DNA from: Proteobacteria bacterium UBA2133 | GTDB lineage: Bacteria; Pseudomonadota; Gammaproteobacteria; Arenicellales; UBA868 | NCBI GenBank assembly: GCA_002327725.1 | Contig: DCXP01000006.1 | Span: forward strand, 19,480-83,479 | DNA length: 64,000 nucleotides | Direction: 5' to 3' | Part shown: positions 1 through 9,422 of the stretch, piece after piece | Position numbering within the stretch: position 1 is the stretch's first letter | How the letters are laid out: each line of letters opens with the position of its first letter | Translations under genes and position numbers: made by a program | The notes under the pieces: model-generated | Database searches by the model: none | The model's input: only the letters and a program-made list of their open reading frames with translations | Told to the model about the DNA's origin: nothing

Positions 1-957
1 AGCGAGGCCGGCACCGACAAACAGTCTGCCTACCTCACGCTGTATCAGTGCCTCAACACACTGCAACGCCTGATTGCGCCTTTCATGCCATTCCTGGCAG
101 AGGAGATGTACCAGAACCTGGTACGTTCCCAGGATCCAGGCGCTCCGATCAGCGTGCACATGAGTGAGTGGCCTAAGGTTCCGGATGCGTGGCAGGACAC
201 TGCGCTGCGCGAAGCCACCGAGGTCATCCAGGATGTCGTGGCGCTCGGGCGGGCGGCCCGCGAAGCCAGTCAGGTGCGCGTCCGCCAGCCGCTTGCCCGG
301 CTGCTCGTCAGAGTGCCCACCGGCGAGGCGCGTCAGGCCGTGCGGGATCATGAACAACAGGTTCTGGAGGAACTCAACGTCAAATTGCTTGAGTTCATCG
401 CCGCTGATGCCGAGCTGGTGACTTACCGGATCAAACCCAACCTGCCGCGCCTCGGCAAACGTTATGGCAAGCGCATTCCGGCCATCCGGCAGGCACTGGC
501 CGAGGCGGACGGCGCCTCCATTGCCGTGGCCTGCGCCAATGGTGAGGAAGTCACGCTCAAGATTGATGGACAAAGCATCGCCTTTGAAGCCGAGGATCTG
601 CTGGTAGAAACCGAGTCAGCCGAGGGCTATGCCTGCGCTGAATCGGGGGGCCAGCTGGTCGCGCTGGACACTACCCTGAACGACGCATTGCTTCGTGAAG
701 GTATCGCCCGGGAGATTGTGCGATCCGTGCAGGACGGCAGGAAGCAGGCGGAACTTGAGGTTTCCGACCGGATCCGGCTGCACGTCAATGGAACACCGCT
801 GGTCACTCAAGCCATCGATGAGTACCGGGACTGGATCATGAATGAAACGCTGACCGCAAACTGGTCAGAGACCTCCTTCAGTACCGGGTTTTCCCTCGAA
901 CGCGATCTCGACGACCATCAGTGGCAGATTGCTCTGGAAAAAACGGACCCGCAATGA
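1..957 (+). CDS. ileS: Isoleucyl-tRNA synthetase, C-terminal part (5' truncated by window), type-2-like
   Basis: Frame 1 is open from base 1 (SEAGTDKQSAYLTLYQCLNTLQRLIAPFMPFLAEEMYQNL, anticodon-binding helix bundle). C-terminal VALDTTLNDALLREGIAREIVRSVQDGRK is typical of IleRS2; no C-terminal CxxC zinc finger. Confidence 0.9.
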   Translation, partial: SEAGTDKQSAYLTLYQCLNTLQRLIAPFMPFLAEEMYQNLVRSQDPGAPISVHMSEWPKVPDAWQDTALREATEVIQDVVALGRAAREASQVRVRQPLARLLVRVPTGEARQAVRDHEQQVLEELNVKLLEFIAADAELVTYRIKPNLPRLGKRYGKRIPAIRQALAEADGASIAVACANGEEVTLKIDGQSIAFEAEDLLVETESAEGYACAESGGQLVALDTTLNDALLREGIAREIVRSVQDGRKQAELEVSDRIRLHVNGTPLVTQAIDEYRDWIMNETLTANWSETSFSTGFSLERDLDDHQWQIALEKTDPQ

Positions 958-978
958 GGCTGATGCCGACGACGATCC

Positions 979-994
979 CGCCCAATATTGGGCG
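979..994. promoter_or_regulatory. Perfect 16-bp palindrome between ileS and metK (operator or hairpin)
   Basis: CGCCCAAT|ATTGGGCG read directly; no U-tract follows. Confidence 0.3.
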
Positions 995-1063
995 CTGGCC
1001 CCAACCTGGCCAACCCGACTCCCATCACCGGCGAATCCCTGCGCAATAAACGCGTAAGCGGTC

Positions 1064-1072
1064 TGCTAGAAT
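1064..1072 (+). promoter_or_regulatory. Candidate extended -10 promoter element for metK
   Basis: TGcTAGAAT (TGn + TAGAAT) about 50 nt upstream of the metK start. Confidence 0.35.
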
Positions 1073-1119
1073 CCCGCCGTTTCGTTACAACATGCTTGAA
1101 GTATCACGGAGGAGAAGCG

Positions 1120-2289
1120 ATGGCTAGCAGTTTTCTTTTCACCTCAGAGTCTGTATCCGAGGGTCATCCGGACAAGATGGCAGACCAGATCTCGGATGCG
1201 GTGCTGGATGCGATGCTTGCCCAGGATTCCTCGTCACGGGTCGCCTGTGAAACGCTGGTCAACACCGGGCTCGCCGTGATTGCAGGAGAAGTCACCAGCA
1301 ATGCCGAGGTGGATCTGGCACAGACCGTCCGCGACACCATCAAGGATATTGGCTACACCTCCTCCGAGATGGGTTTTGATTATTCCAGCTGTGCGGTGAT
1401 GGTCACCCTCGATAAGCAGTCTGCTGATATCGCCCAGGGTGTCAACGAAGGAGAGGGCCTGGACCGTGATCAGGGCGCAGGTGACCAGGGGCTGATGTTT
1501 GGCTACGCCTGCAATGAAACCGATGTCCTGATGCCGTTCCCGATCACCTATTCACACCGCCTGGTCAAACGCCAGGCCGAGGTTCGCAAAAACGGCGGAC
1601 TTCCCTGGTTACGGCCCGACGCCAAAAGTCAGGTCTCGGTGCGCTACGAGGATGGTAAACCGGTCTCGATCGATACCGTGGTCCTGTCGACACAACACAG
1701 TGAGGACGTCGATCATGCGACTTTAAGCGAGGCCGTGATTGAGGAAATCATCAAACCGGTGCTCCCCGAACAAATGCTCACAGCGGACACCCGCTTTCTG
1801 GTCAATCCGACGGGCCGATTTGTGATCGGCGGACCCCATGGCGACTGCGGACTGACCGGCCGCAAGATCATTGTGGATACCTACGGCGGTTCAGCACACC
1901 ACGGTGGCGGGGCTTTCTCTGGAAAGGATCCCAGCAAAGTCGACCGCTCGGCAGCGTACGCCATGCGTTACGTCGCCAAAAACGTCGTCGCTGCGGGCCT
2001 CGCTGAGCAATGCGAAGCGCAGGTGGCCTACGCGATCGGGGTCGCAGAACCGGTCTCACTGATGGTGAATACCAACGGTACCGCCACCATCGCCGAAGGC
2101 CAGATCGAGGCGCTGATCCGGGAACACTTTGACCTGCGACCCAAAGGCATCATCGAAGACCTGGATCTGCTGCGGCCGATCTATCGACCCACCGCCGCGT
2201 ACGGTCACTTCGGCCGCGGTGAAGACGGCTTCCCCTGGGAACGTACCGATAAAGCGGCTGCGCTGCGGGAGGCGGCTGGCCTTAAGTGA
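1120..2289 (+). CDS. metK: S-adenosylmethionine synthetase
   Basis: [41 protein letters not shown] motifs; GGAGGAG RBS before ATG 1120 (the ORF-track start at 988 is too far upstream). Confidence 0.98.
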   Translation: MASSFLFTSESVSEGHPDKMADQISDAVLDAMLAQDSSSRVACETLVNTGLAVIAGEVTSNAEVDLAQTVRDTIKDIGYTSSEMGFDYSSCAVMVTLDKQSADIAQGVNEGEGLDRDQGAGDQGLMFGYACNETDVLMPFPITYSHRLVKRQAEVRKNGGLPWLRPDAKSQVSVRYEDGKPVSIDTVVLSTQHSEDVDHATLSEAVIEEIIKPVLPEQMLTADTRFLVNPTGRFVIGGPHGDCGLTGRKIIVDTYGGSAHHGGGAFSGKDPSKVDRSAAYAMRYVAKNVVAAGLAEQCEAQVAYAIGVAEPVSLMVNTNGTATIAEGQIEALIREHFDLRPKGIIEDLDLLRPIYRPTAAYGHFGRGEDGFPWERTDKAAALREAAGLK

Positions 2290-2372
2290 GGGCGGACGCG
2301 GTAAAATTGCCGTGAATTCCCCTTAAGCCAGGGTTTTACACTTCGATCCCCAACTGATTACCTTTAGACGTC

Positions 2373-2448
2373 GCCGAGGAGCGTTGCAACGGGCGCCCGC
2401 CCGCCAGGCTCGGCTTTAATGGCGTCTGCCCTTGATCAACGGCGCTCA
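2373..2448 (+). ncRNA. SAH (S-adenosylhomocysteine) riboswitch
   Basis: GCCGAG-GAGCGTTGCAAC...GCCAGG-CTCGGC...CAACGGCGCTCA. P1 is GCCGAG(2373-2378)/CTCGGC(2409-2414); GAGCG can pair with CGCTC at the 3' end as a pseudoknot. It lies directly upstream of ahcY, the canonical context. Confidence 0.9.
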
Positions 2449-2468
2449 GTGAACATGGAGACTACCCC

Positions 2469-3887
2469 ATGAGCGCTGTGATACAGCCCCAGTCCGATCA
2501 GGACTTCGTGGTTGCCGACCTCTTGCTCGCAGAGTTCGGCCGCAAAGAGATCGCCATTGCCGAGACCGAGATGCCCGGCCTGATGGCCCTGCGGGAGAAG
2601 TACGGCCCCAGCCAGCCCCTCAAAGGCGCGCGCGTCGCCGGCAGCCTGCACATGACCATCCAGACGGCGGTCCTGATCGAGACCCTCCACGCCCTCGGCG
2701 CCGACGTCCGCTGGGCCTCGTGCAACATCTTTTCGACCCAGGACCATGCCGCCGCCGCCATTGCGGCAGGAGGCACGCCGGTATTCGCCTACAAGGGGGA
2801 GACCCTGGCCGACTACTGGGCCTATACCCACCGCATCTTCGAGTGGAGCGACGGTGGTACACCCAACATGATTCTCGACGACGGTGGAGATGCGACACTG
2901 CTGGTCAATCTCGGCGCCAAGGCCGAGCAGGATCCTTCTTTGCTGGACAACCCCGGCAGTGAAGAAGAGGTCGCGCTATTCGATGCGATCCGCGAGCGGC
3001 TCAAGACCCAGCCCGGGTGGTACTCGAATATCCAAACGAATATTCTCGGTGTGACAGAGGAAACGACAACCGGGGTCAAGCGTCTCTACCAGATGCAAAA
3101 AGACGGCGAGTTGTTGTTCCCCGCTATCAACGTCAACGACTCGGCGACCAAATCCAAATTTGACAACCTTTACGGCTGCCGGGAATCTCTGGTCGACAGC
3201 ATCAAGCGTGCGACCGACGTGATGGTCGCGGGAAAACTCGCGGTGGTGCTTGGTTATGGTGACGTCGGCAAGGGCTCCGCACAGTCTCTACGCGGCCTCG
3301 GCGCGACCGTCTGGATCACCGAGATTGATCCCATCTGCGCCCTGCAGGCCGCCATGGAAGGATACCGGGTGGTCACCATGGACCAAGCCGCCAGCCAGGC
3401 GGACATTTTTGTTACCGCGACGGGCAATTACCAGGTGATTACGCATGAACACATGTCGCAGATGAAGGATCAGGCGATCGTCTGCAACATCGGTCACTTT
3501 GACAATGAGATCGACTGCGCCTCACTTGAACGTTACGAGTGGGAGAACATCAAGCCGCAGGTCGACCACGTGATCTTCCCGGACGGTAAGCGCATCATCC
3601 TGCTGGCACAGGGCCGGCTCGTGAATCTGGGCTGTGCGACCGGCCATCCCAGTTTCGTCATGTCTAATTCATTTACCAACCAGACGCTGGCGCAGATTGA
3701 GCTGTTCCAGAAGCGCGACCAGTACGACAACAAGGTCTACATCCTGCCCAAGCACCTCGATGAAATGGTGGCACGGCTTCATCTTGACAAAATCGGTGCC
3801 AAACTGACAGAGCTTACTGATGAACAGGCTGCATACATCGGGGTTGCAACGGATGGCCCCTACAAAGCCGACCACTACCGCTACTGA
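2469..3887 (+). CDS. ahcY: Adenosylhomocysteinase (SAH hydrolase)
   Basis: [59 protein letters not shown] motifs; GGAG RBS. Confidence 0.98.
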   Translation: MSAVIQPQSDQDFVVADLLLAEFGRKEIAIAETEMPGLMALREKYGPSQPLKGARVAGSLHMTIQTAVLIETLHALGADVRWASCNIFSTQDHAAAAIAAGGTPVFAYKGETLADYWAYTHRIFEWSDGGTPNMILDDGGDATLLVNLGAKAEQDPSLLDNPGSEEEVALFDAIRERLKTQPGWYSNIQTNILGVTEETTTGVKRLYQMQKDGELLFPAINVNDSATKSKFDNLYGCRESLVDSIKRATDVMVAGKLAVVLGYGDVGKGSAQSLRGLGATVWITEIDPICALQAAMEGYRVVTMDQAASQADIFVTATGNYQVITHEHMSQMKDQAIVCNIGHFDNEIDCASLERYEWENIKPQVDHVIFPDGKRIILLAQGRLVNLGCATGHPSFVMSNSFTNQTLAQIELFQKRDQYDNKVYILPKHLDEMVARLHLDKIGAKLTELTDEQAAYIGVATDGPYKADHYRY

Positions 3888-3902
3888 GGAGGCAGGCCAT
3901 CC

Positions 3903-3935
3903 AAAAAAATGCCCCCGATATCCGGGGGCATTTTT
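3903..3935. terminator. Bidirectional intrinsic terminator between convergent ahcY and DUF465 gene
   Basis: AAAAAAATGCCCCCG-atatc-CGGGGGCATTTTT: GC stem with an A-tract before and a T-tract after. Confidence 0.9.
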
Positions 3936-3953
3936 CTGTAGCCTGTCGATAAA

Positions 3954-4166
3954 CTAGGCGGTGATGTCTGGAACCAGCCGGCTTTCGAGGTGGCTGATAC
4001 TGTCTTTGAGAAACAGTTTGCGTTTTTTCAGTCTTTGCACCTGCAGATCGTCGATCAGCGGATCTTCGGCGATGCTTTGGAGTTCTTCGTCTAAGGCGCG
4101 GTGCTCTGATCTGAGCTTTTCTATTTTTGCGCTGAGGTCATGTTCACTCTGTTGCACTTCGGTCAT
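3954..4166 (-). CDS. DUF465/YdcH family small coiled-coil protein
   Basis: 70 aa, LRSEHRALDEEL...QVQRLKKRKLFLKDSI pattern; GAGGGAG RBS upstream. Confidence 0.85.
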   Translation of the reverse strand: MTEVQQSEHDLSAKIEKLRSEHRALDEELQSIAEDPLIDDLQVQRLKKRKLFLKDSISHLESRLVPDITA

Positions 4167-4204
4167 ATTAGGTCTGTCTCCCTCACGTACTGACTGTTGG
4201 TGAG

Positions 4205-4285
4205 TTATCCCACACGCAGCGAGACCGCAGACGAAACGGCGACCTCGACGCGGTCACCGCTTGCGACCTCACCGCGCTTGGTCAA
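4205..4285 (-). CDS. Putative 26-aa small ORF (leader peptide candidate)
   Basis: AAAGGAG SD, 5-nt spacer, TTG start; MTKRGEVASGDRVEVAVSSAVSLRVG-TAA; ends 38 nt upstream of the DUF465 start. Confidence 0.3.
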   Translation of the reverse strand: MTKRGEVASGDRVEVAVSSAVSLRVG

Positions 4286-4452
4286 TCCTACTCCTTTCGC
4301 GCAGACATTTCACCACCGGATCAGCAAATCTCTCCCTCGATCTCTGTCCTTCGTCTGGGATAAAATTCTGGCTCAAAATGAAATAGTTACACTGAGATAC
4401 TCGGGCGCCTTGTCCGGTCTACGCCCCAAACTCAACCACACCGAAATCTTCA

Positions 4453-4641
4453 ATGGATCCGCTCGCGACCTGGGAAAAAATACTGCTCGGCGTCCTCGCG
4501 CTGCTGGTCATTCTGTGGTTTTTCCCGGGTATCAAAACGCTGATGAAGGAATCCAGCGATTCGCCGAGCGACTGGCCGGCGGTCCTGTTGCCGCTGCTGG
4601 CCGTTGCGGCCTTCGTGGTCCTGCTGATTAGCATCATCTGA
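4453..4641 (+). CDS. Small two-helix membrane protein
   Basis: 62 aa with two hydrophobic segments; stop overlaps the pepN ATG (TGATG). Confidence 0.75.
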   Translation: MDPLATWEKILLGVLALLVILWFFPGIKTLMKESSDSPSDWPAVLLPLLAVAAFVVLLISII

Positions 4642-7271
4642 TGGCGGCGCGACAAAAGAGCGCTCAACGCGTTTACTTGAGGGACTACGCGCCGCCCGAC
4701 TACCGGATTCCCGGCATTCAACTGCAGGTTGACCTCGACCGGGAACGAACGCGGGTCCGGTCCTGCCTTGCGGTTGAACGGTCCGGCGACCACCAGCGAC
4801 CACTGGTCCTGCATGGTGAAAAGTTAGACCTGATCAGTGTCAAGATCAACGGTGAAACGCTCGATCCTGCAAAGTGGCACCGCGATGAAACCACACTCAC
4901 ACTGAATCTGCGCGAACCTACGACGACACTTCAGATCGAGACCGAGATAAACCCCGCAGCCAATTCAGAACTCAATGGCCTGTACGCCTCCGCCGATACG
5001 CTGTGTACCCAGTGTGAGCCGGAGGGCTTTCGACGTATCACCTATTTTCTGGATCGCCCTGACGTATTGTCCGTTTACCGCGTCACGCTCCGTGCGCTGA
5101 AGGCGCAATACCCGGTGCTCCTAGCCAATGGCAATCAGGTGGAAGGCGGCGATGACGGAATACACCACTACGCCATATGGGATGATCCCCACCCCAAGCC
5201 CTGCTATCTCTTTGCCCTGGTCGCCGGGCCGCTGCAGTTTATCGAGGGCCGCTTCAGCACGTGCTCCGGGCGTGAGGTGCTGTTACGGATCTACGCGCGT
5301 TCGCGGGACATTCCACAATGTGATTACGCGCTGGCTGCACTTCGCGAGGCGATGATCTGGGATGAGAAGGTGTACGGCTGTGAATATGATCTTGGCCAGT
5401 ACAACATTGTGGCGGTCGAGGACTTCAACATGGGCGCCATGGAGAACAAGGGGCTCAATATCTTCAACACCCGCTATGTCCTCGCGCAGCCGGCGACCGC
5501 GACTGACCACGACTATCGCGCTGTTCGGGATGTTATCGGTCATGAGTACCTGCATAACTGGTCCGGTAACCGCGTGACCCTGCGCGACTGGTTCCAGCTC
5601 AGCCTCAAGGAGGGCTTCACGGTATTCCGCGAGCAGCAGTTCAGTGCCGACCATGGCTCTGCCGGCGTCAAGCGGATTGAGGATGCCAATCTCGTGCGCA
5701 CACAGCAGTTTCGTGAAGACATGGGGCCCATGGCCCATCCGGTCCGGCCCGAATCTTTTGTTGAGATCAACAATTTCTACACCCTGACCGTCTACATCAA
5801 AGGAGCCGAGCTGGTCCGTATACTCAGCCTGCTGGTCGGCGCCGAGGGATTCCTTCGGGGCTGCAGGCATTACTTTGAGCACTATGATGGCGAGGCGGTC
5901 ACCACCGATAATTTTGTTGGCGCCATGGAGGCTGCCTGCGGCGTCGACCTCTCCCAGTTTCGCCGCTGGTATCAGCAGGCCGGCACTCCACGGATTGAGG
6001 TTTCTGGCAGTTTTGATCCTGACCGGTGCCGCTATTGCCTGCGCATCGCCCAGAATAATCCCGACTCGGCAGGAGAACACCAGCCTCCCCTGCAGATGCC
6101 CATCATCGTGGCGTTTTTTGACGCCCAGGGAAAAGCGCTCGATGCCCGATCCGGGGGTAATGCGCGCAAACAGCATGAGCACACGCTGGTACTGACAGAC
6201 GCCGTTCAGGAATTTACCTTCACGGGTCTCGCAAGCCGGCCGATACCTTCTCTGCTGCGCGGCTTTTCTGCTCCCGTCATGGTCCAGACTGAACTCAGTG
6301 ATCAGGATCTGGTGGTGCTTGCCGGCCATGATGACGATCCCTTCTGCCGCTGGGACGCGGGCCAGACACTTGCCCGCAAAGAAATGCTTCGGTGGCTCAA
6401 CGACCCCTCGGTCGGTGTACTGGATGAGCAGTTTGCACAATCCTTCGGCAAGACGCTGTGCGCAGATCTGCCCGACCGTGCCTTCCAGGCGCTCGCCCTG
6501 AGGCTTCCCGAAGAGAACTACCTCGGCGAGTTTGTCGATGTTATCGATCCCGAGGGTATCCACCTATCCAGATGGTCCGTGATGCAAGCGTTGGCGAGGC
6601 GCTACACCGAGGTACTTCTTGAACGCTACCACGCGCTTGAAGCAAAAATGCCTTACCAGCGCGATTCGGCGAGCGCGGCAGCACGCGAGTTGCGCAATAC
6701 CTGCCTTGGCTACCTGATGACACTGGAATCGGAGGAGATCACCGCGCTCGCGCTCAAACAGTTGAAAACCGCTGACAATATGACCGACGCGCTCGCCGCC
6801 CTGGCGCCGTTGGCCAATCAGACCCTTTCTGGCCGCGACCAGGCGCTCTCGTTTTTCGAGGACCGTTGGAGCGAATTCCCCCTGGTAATGGATAAATGGC
6901 TGCGGGTCCAGGCGGTGTCACGGTGCGGGGACACGCTCGCACGGGTCCGGAAACTGACGCGCCACTCTTGCTATCAGCAGGACAATCCCAACAAGATTCA
7001 TGCCCTGATCGGGGCACTGGCACATGCCAACCCGCTGCGCTTCCATGAGCCAGACGGCAGCGGATATCAACTGGTCGCCGAACAACTGCTCGCAACGGAT
7101 CCCAAGAATCCCCAGGTCGCGGCCCGGCTGGCCTCGGCCTTCAATCTATGGAGACGTTACGAGCCGGGGCGTCGTGAGCGCATGCATGAGGTGCTGCAAA
7201 AAATCAGTGGTACAGCACATCTGTCCCGCGATGTCGGCGAAATCGTCGAACGCGCCCTTGCCGAGCGCTGA
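4641..7271 (+). CDS. pepN: Aminopeptidase N (M1 zinc metallopeptidase)
   Basis: GAMENKGLNIFN, HEYLHNWSGNRVT...KEG zinc motif, NNFYTLTVYIKGAE, TQCEPEGFRRITYF. Confidence 0.97.
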   Translation: MAARQKSAQRVYLRDYAPPDYRIPGIQLQVDLDRERTRVRSCLAVERSGDHQRPLVLHGEKLDLISVKINGETLDPAKWHRDETTLTLNLREPTTTLQIETEINPAANSELNGLYASADTLCTQCEPEGFRRITYFLDRPDVLSVYRVTLRALKAQYPVLLANGNQVEGGDDGIHHYAIWDDPHPKPCYLFALVAGPLQFIEGRFSTCSGREVLLRIYARSRDIPQCDYALAALREAMIWDEKVYGCEYDLGQYNIVAVEDFNMGAMENKGLNIFNTRYVLAQPATATDHDYRAVRDVIGHEYLHNWSGNRVTLRDWFQLSLKEGFTVFREQQFSADHGSAGVKRIEDANLVRTQQFREDMGPMAHPVRPESFVEINNFYTLTVYIKGAELVRILSLLVGAEGFLRGCRHYFEHYDGEAVTTDNFVGAMEAACGVDLSQFRRWYQQAGTPRIEVSGSFDPDRCRYCLRIAQNNPDSAGEHQPPLQMPIIVAFFDAQGKALDARSGGNARKQHEHTLVLTDAVQEFTFTGLASRPIPSLLRGFSAPVMVQTELSDQDLVVLAGHDDDPFCRWDAGQTLARKEMLRWLNDPSVGVLDEQFAQSFGKTLCADLPDRAFQALALRLPEENYLGEFVDVIDPEGIHLSRWSVMQALARRYTEVLLERYHALEAKMPYQRDSASAAARELRNTCLGYLMTLESEEITALALKQLKTADNMTDALAALAPLANQTLSGRDQALSFFEDRWSEFPLVMDKWLRVQAVSRCGDTLARVRKLTRHSCYQQDNPNKIHALIGALAHANPLRFHEPDGSGYQLVAEQLLATDPKNPQVAARLASAFNLWRRYEPGRRERMHEVLQKISGTAHLSRDVGEIVERALAER

Positions 7272-7280
7272 TGGCGATCG

Positions 7281-7907
7281 CTAGTTGTGGCTCCAGGCCC
7301 AGTGTCCGAGAGAAACCGCCAGCAGCCCCATCATCAGACCAATCCCAATATCAATCACCCGCCAGGTTTGCGGCCGGGAGATAAAGCGGGACCAGTGGGC
7401 CGCCCCAAACCCCAGCCCGTAAAACCACAGCAGTGATGCCAAAGCCGCACCACAGGCGAACATAATCCGCTCGCCGCCTGCAAAGCGGGCCGCGACGCCG
7501 CCCAGCAGCAGCACCGTATCGAGATAGACATGGGGGTTGAGAAAGGTCACGGCGAGAGCACTGGTGACCGCCGTGCCCAGGGATTCGGCCCTGTCCCCCG
7601 ACGCCACCGGCAACAGGGCCCGTGGTCGAGCTGCCCGGGCGAACGCCCGGAAGGCAAAGAACCATAAAAACAGCGTGCCAGCCCAGGCGACGCCCTGCAG
7701 GATCAGTGGGTCGGCCCGAAACGCCGTCCCCAGGCCACCCGCGCCGACGCTGATGAGCAGAACATCGCCGCCAAAGCACACCGTGCAAACGGCGAAGACA
7801 TGCTGGCGGGCGAGACCCTGGCGCAAGACGAAGGCATTCTGCGCACCGATAGCGATGATGAGAGCGCTGCCGAGGGCCAGACCTTCCCACAGCGCCAAAA
7901 TATTCAC
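7281..7907 (-). CDS. LysE/ArgO family amino-acid exporter
   Basis: IIAIGAQNAFVLRQGL and LAVTFLNPHVYLDTV motifs; likely GTG start at 7907. Confidence 0.92.
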   Translation of the reverse strand: MNILALWEGLALGSALIIAIGAQNAFVLRQGLARQHVFAVCTVCFGGDVLLISVGAGGLGTAFRADPLILQGVAWAGTLFLWFFAFRAFARAARPRALLPVASGDRAESLGTAVTSALAVTFLNPHVYLDTVLLLGGVAARFAGGERIMFACGAALASLLWFYGLGFGAAHWSRFISRPQTWRVIDIGIGLMMGLLAVSLGHWAWSHN

Positions 7908-7944
7908 CGTCGTGCTCCCGCGAATGGTCGGGCAACGCAATGAT

Positions 7945-8703
7945 ATGATTGTTCCACGATCTGCTGAATCCTCATCTGCCGTGACTTCATCAAGAAAAAA
8001 GGTCTTGCGGCCGTCCAGCCAGGAAGACGTAAACCGGTTTTTACAACAAGCCCGCAGCACTGCGTTACCCGTACGACGCGATCACTGTGCCCGTCTCGTC
8101 TTCGGCATGGACGCGACGGCGAGCCGGGAACCGCTGTGGGATCGCGCCTGCCACATTCAGGCACAGATGTTTGAAGCAACCGCGTCGATGGGCGGTCTTG
8201 AAATTCAACTGGCCTACTACCGCGGCTATGGCGAATTCAAGGCAGCGCCCTGGGCAGCCGAAGCCGGGGTCCTGCAGAAGCGGATGACGTCCATCCGCTG
8301 CGCCGCCGGACAGACCCAAATTGCCCGGCTGCTCAAACATACCCTCGGGCAGGCCCGGACCGCTCAAGGCGCCATCAGCGCACTGGTGTTTGTGGGTGAC
8401 TGCATGGAGGAAGATCCCGATCAGTTGGCAAAACTGTCCGGGGAACTGGGCATCCTTGGGGTCCCGGTATTTCTCTTCCAGGACGGCGCTGACCCCACCG
8501 CAGCGAAGACATTTTCGCATATCGCGAGGCTCACCCGGGGGGCGCACTGCCGCTTCGATGGCAGCAGCGCAGCCCAGCTGCGGGATCTGCTCTGCGCCGT
8601 CGCGGTATACGCGGCGGGCGGTCATAAGGCTCTCGTCGATCATGGCAGACGATGCGGCGGCGAAGTGCTGCGCCTGATCAAGCAGCTGGACGCCAGGGAC
8701 TGA
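7945..8703 (+). CDS. VWA (von Willebrand A, MIDAS) domain protein
   Basis: LVFGMDATASRE (DxTxS MIDAS) and LVFVGDCMEED; start uncertain (ATG 7945 or GTG 7981). Confidence 0.8.
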   Translation: MIVPRSAESSSAVTSSRKKVLRPSSQEDVNRFLQQARSTALPVRRDHCARLVFGMDATASREPLWDRACHIQAQMFEATASMGGLEIQLAYYRGYGEFKAAPWAAEAGVLQKRMTSIRCAAGQTQIARLLKHTLGQARTAQGAISALVFVGDCMEEDPDQLAKLSGELGILGVPVFLFQDGADPTAAKTFSHIARLTRGAHCRFDGSSAAQLRDLLCAVAVYAAGGHKALVDHGRRCGGEVLRLIKQLDARD

Positions 8704-8705
8704 TC

Positions 8706-9422
8706 TTGACGAGAATTTTCCTAGCGCTGGTCGCGCTGGCAGGATTGATGTGGCTCGCTTCCTGGCTGGGAAAGGCCAGTCCCGGACAACGCGCCCGGGC
8801 GCTGAAACTGATCGTCCTCTACGGGATCGCCGGCGCGCTGTTGCTGCTGGTGATCACCGGACGAATCCCCTGGATGTTCGCTCTCATCAGCGCCCTCGTC
8901 CCCTGGCTGCAGCGATACATGATGGCGAGGCAGGCGTGGAATATGTTCAAGTCGAGCCGCGGCCCCAGCGCGGGCAAAACCTCAACGGTGCAAACCGTTG
9001 TGCTACGCATGATTCTGGATCATGACAGCGGCGACCTTGACGGCGAAGTGATCAGCGGCCCTTTCTCCGGCCGCGGGCTCAAGGAGCTCTCGGATGCCCA
9101 GCTTTTGGAACTGCTTCAGGACTGTCGCGCGCGGGATGCGCAGTCTGCTGCCTTGCTGGAGGCCTACCTGGACCGGACCCGCGGCGACAGCTGGCGCGAT
9201 GCCGACGAGGCGGCTGGCCACGATGCGCCGCCTCACGGTCAGGGTGCGATGTCTGCCAGTCAAGCGGCCGAGATTCTGGGTGTTTCAACCGATGCCTCCG
9301 ATGAGGAGATCACCACTGCCCATCGACGGCTCATCCAGAAGCTGCACACCGACCGGGGCGGCACCGACTACCTCGCCGCACTCATCAACGAAGCGCGCGA
9401 TACACTCATCTCGGGCAGGTGA
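8706..9422 (+). CDS. Membrane-anchored J-domain protein (Pam18/Tim14-like C-terminal J domain, HPD replaced by HTD)
   Basis: Hydrophobic N-terminal segments; central LDHDSGDLDGEVISGPFSG; C-terminal AAEILGVS...HRRLIQKLHTDRGGTDYLAALINEARDTL; probable TTG start at 8706. Confidence 0.85.
   Translation: MTRIFLALVALAGLMWLASWLGKASPGQRARALKLIVLYGIAGALLLLVITGRIPWMFALISALVPWLQRYMMARQAWNMFKSSRGPSAGKTSTVQTVVLRMILDHDSGDLDGEVISGPFSGRGLKELSDAQLLELLQDCRARDAQSAALLEAYLDRTRGDSWRDADEAAGHDAPPHGQGAMSASQAAEILGVSTDASDEEITTAHRRLIQKLHTDRGGTDYLAALINEARDTLISGR

Noticed and set aside
988-1119. ORF-track N-terminal extensions (metK 988, moeA 44676, moaC 44993, mnmG 63372, ubiA 16034, tdk 32626, VWA 7537)
   Set aside because: They extend into neighbouring genes or intergenic DNA upstream of the conserved N-termini; downstream starts with RBS or stop/start overlaps fit better.
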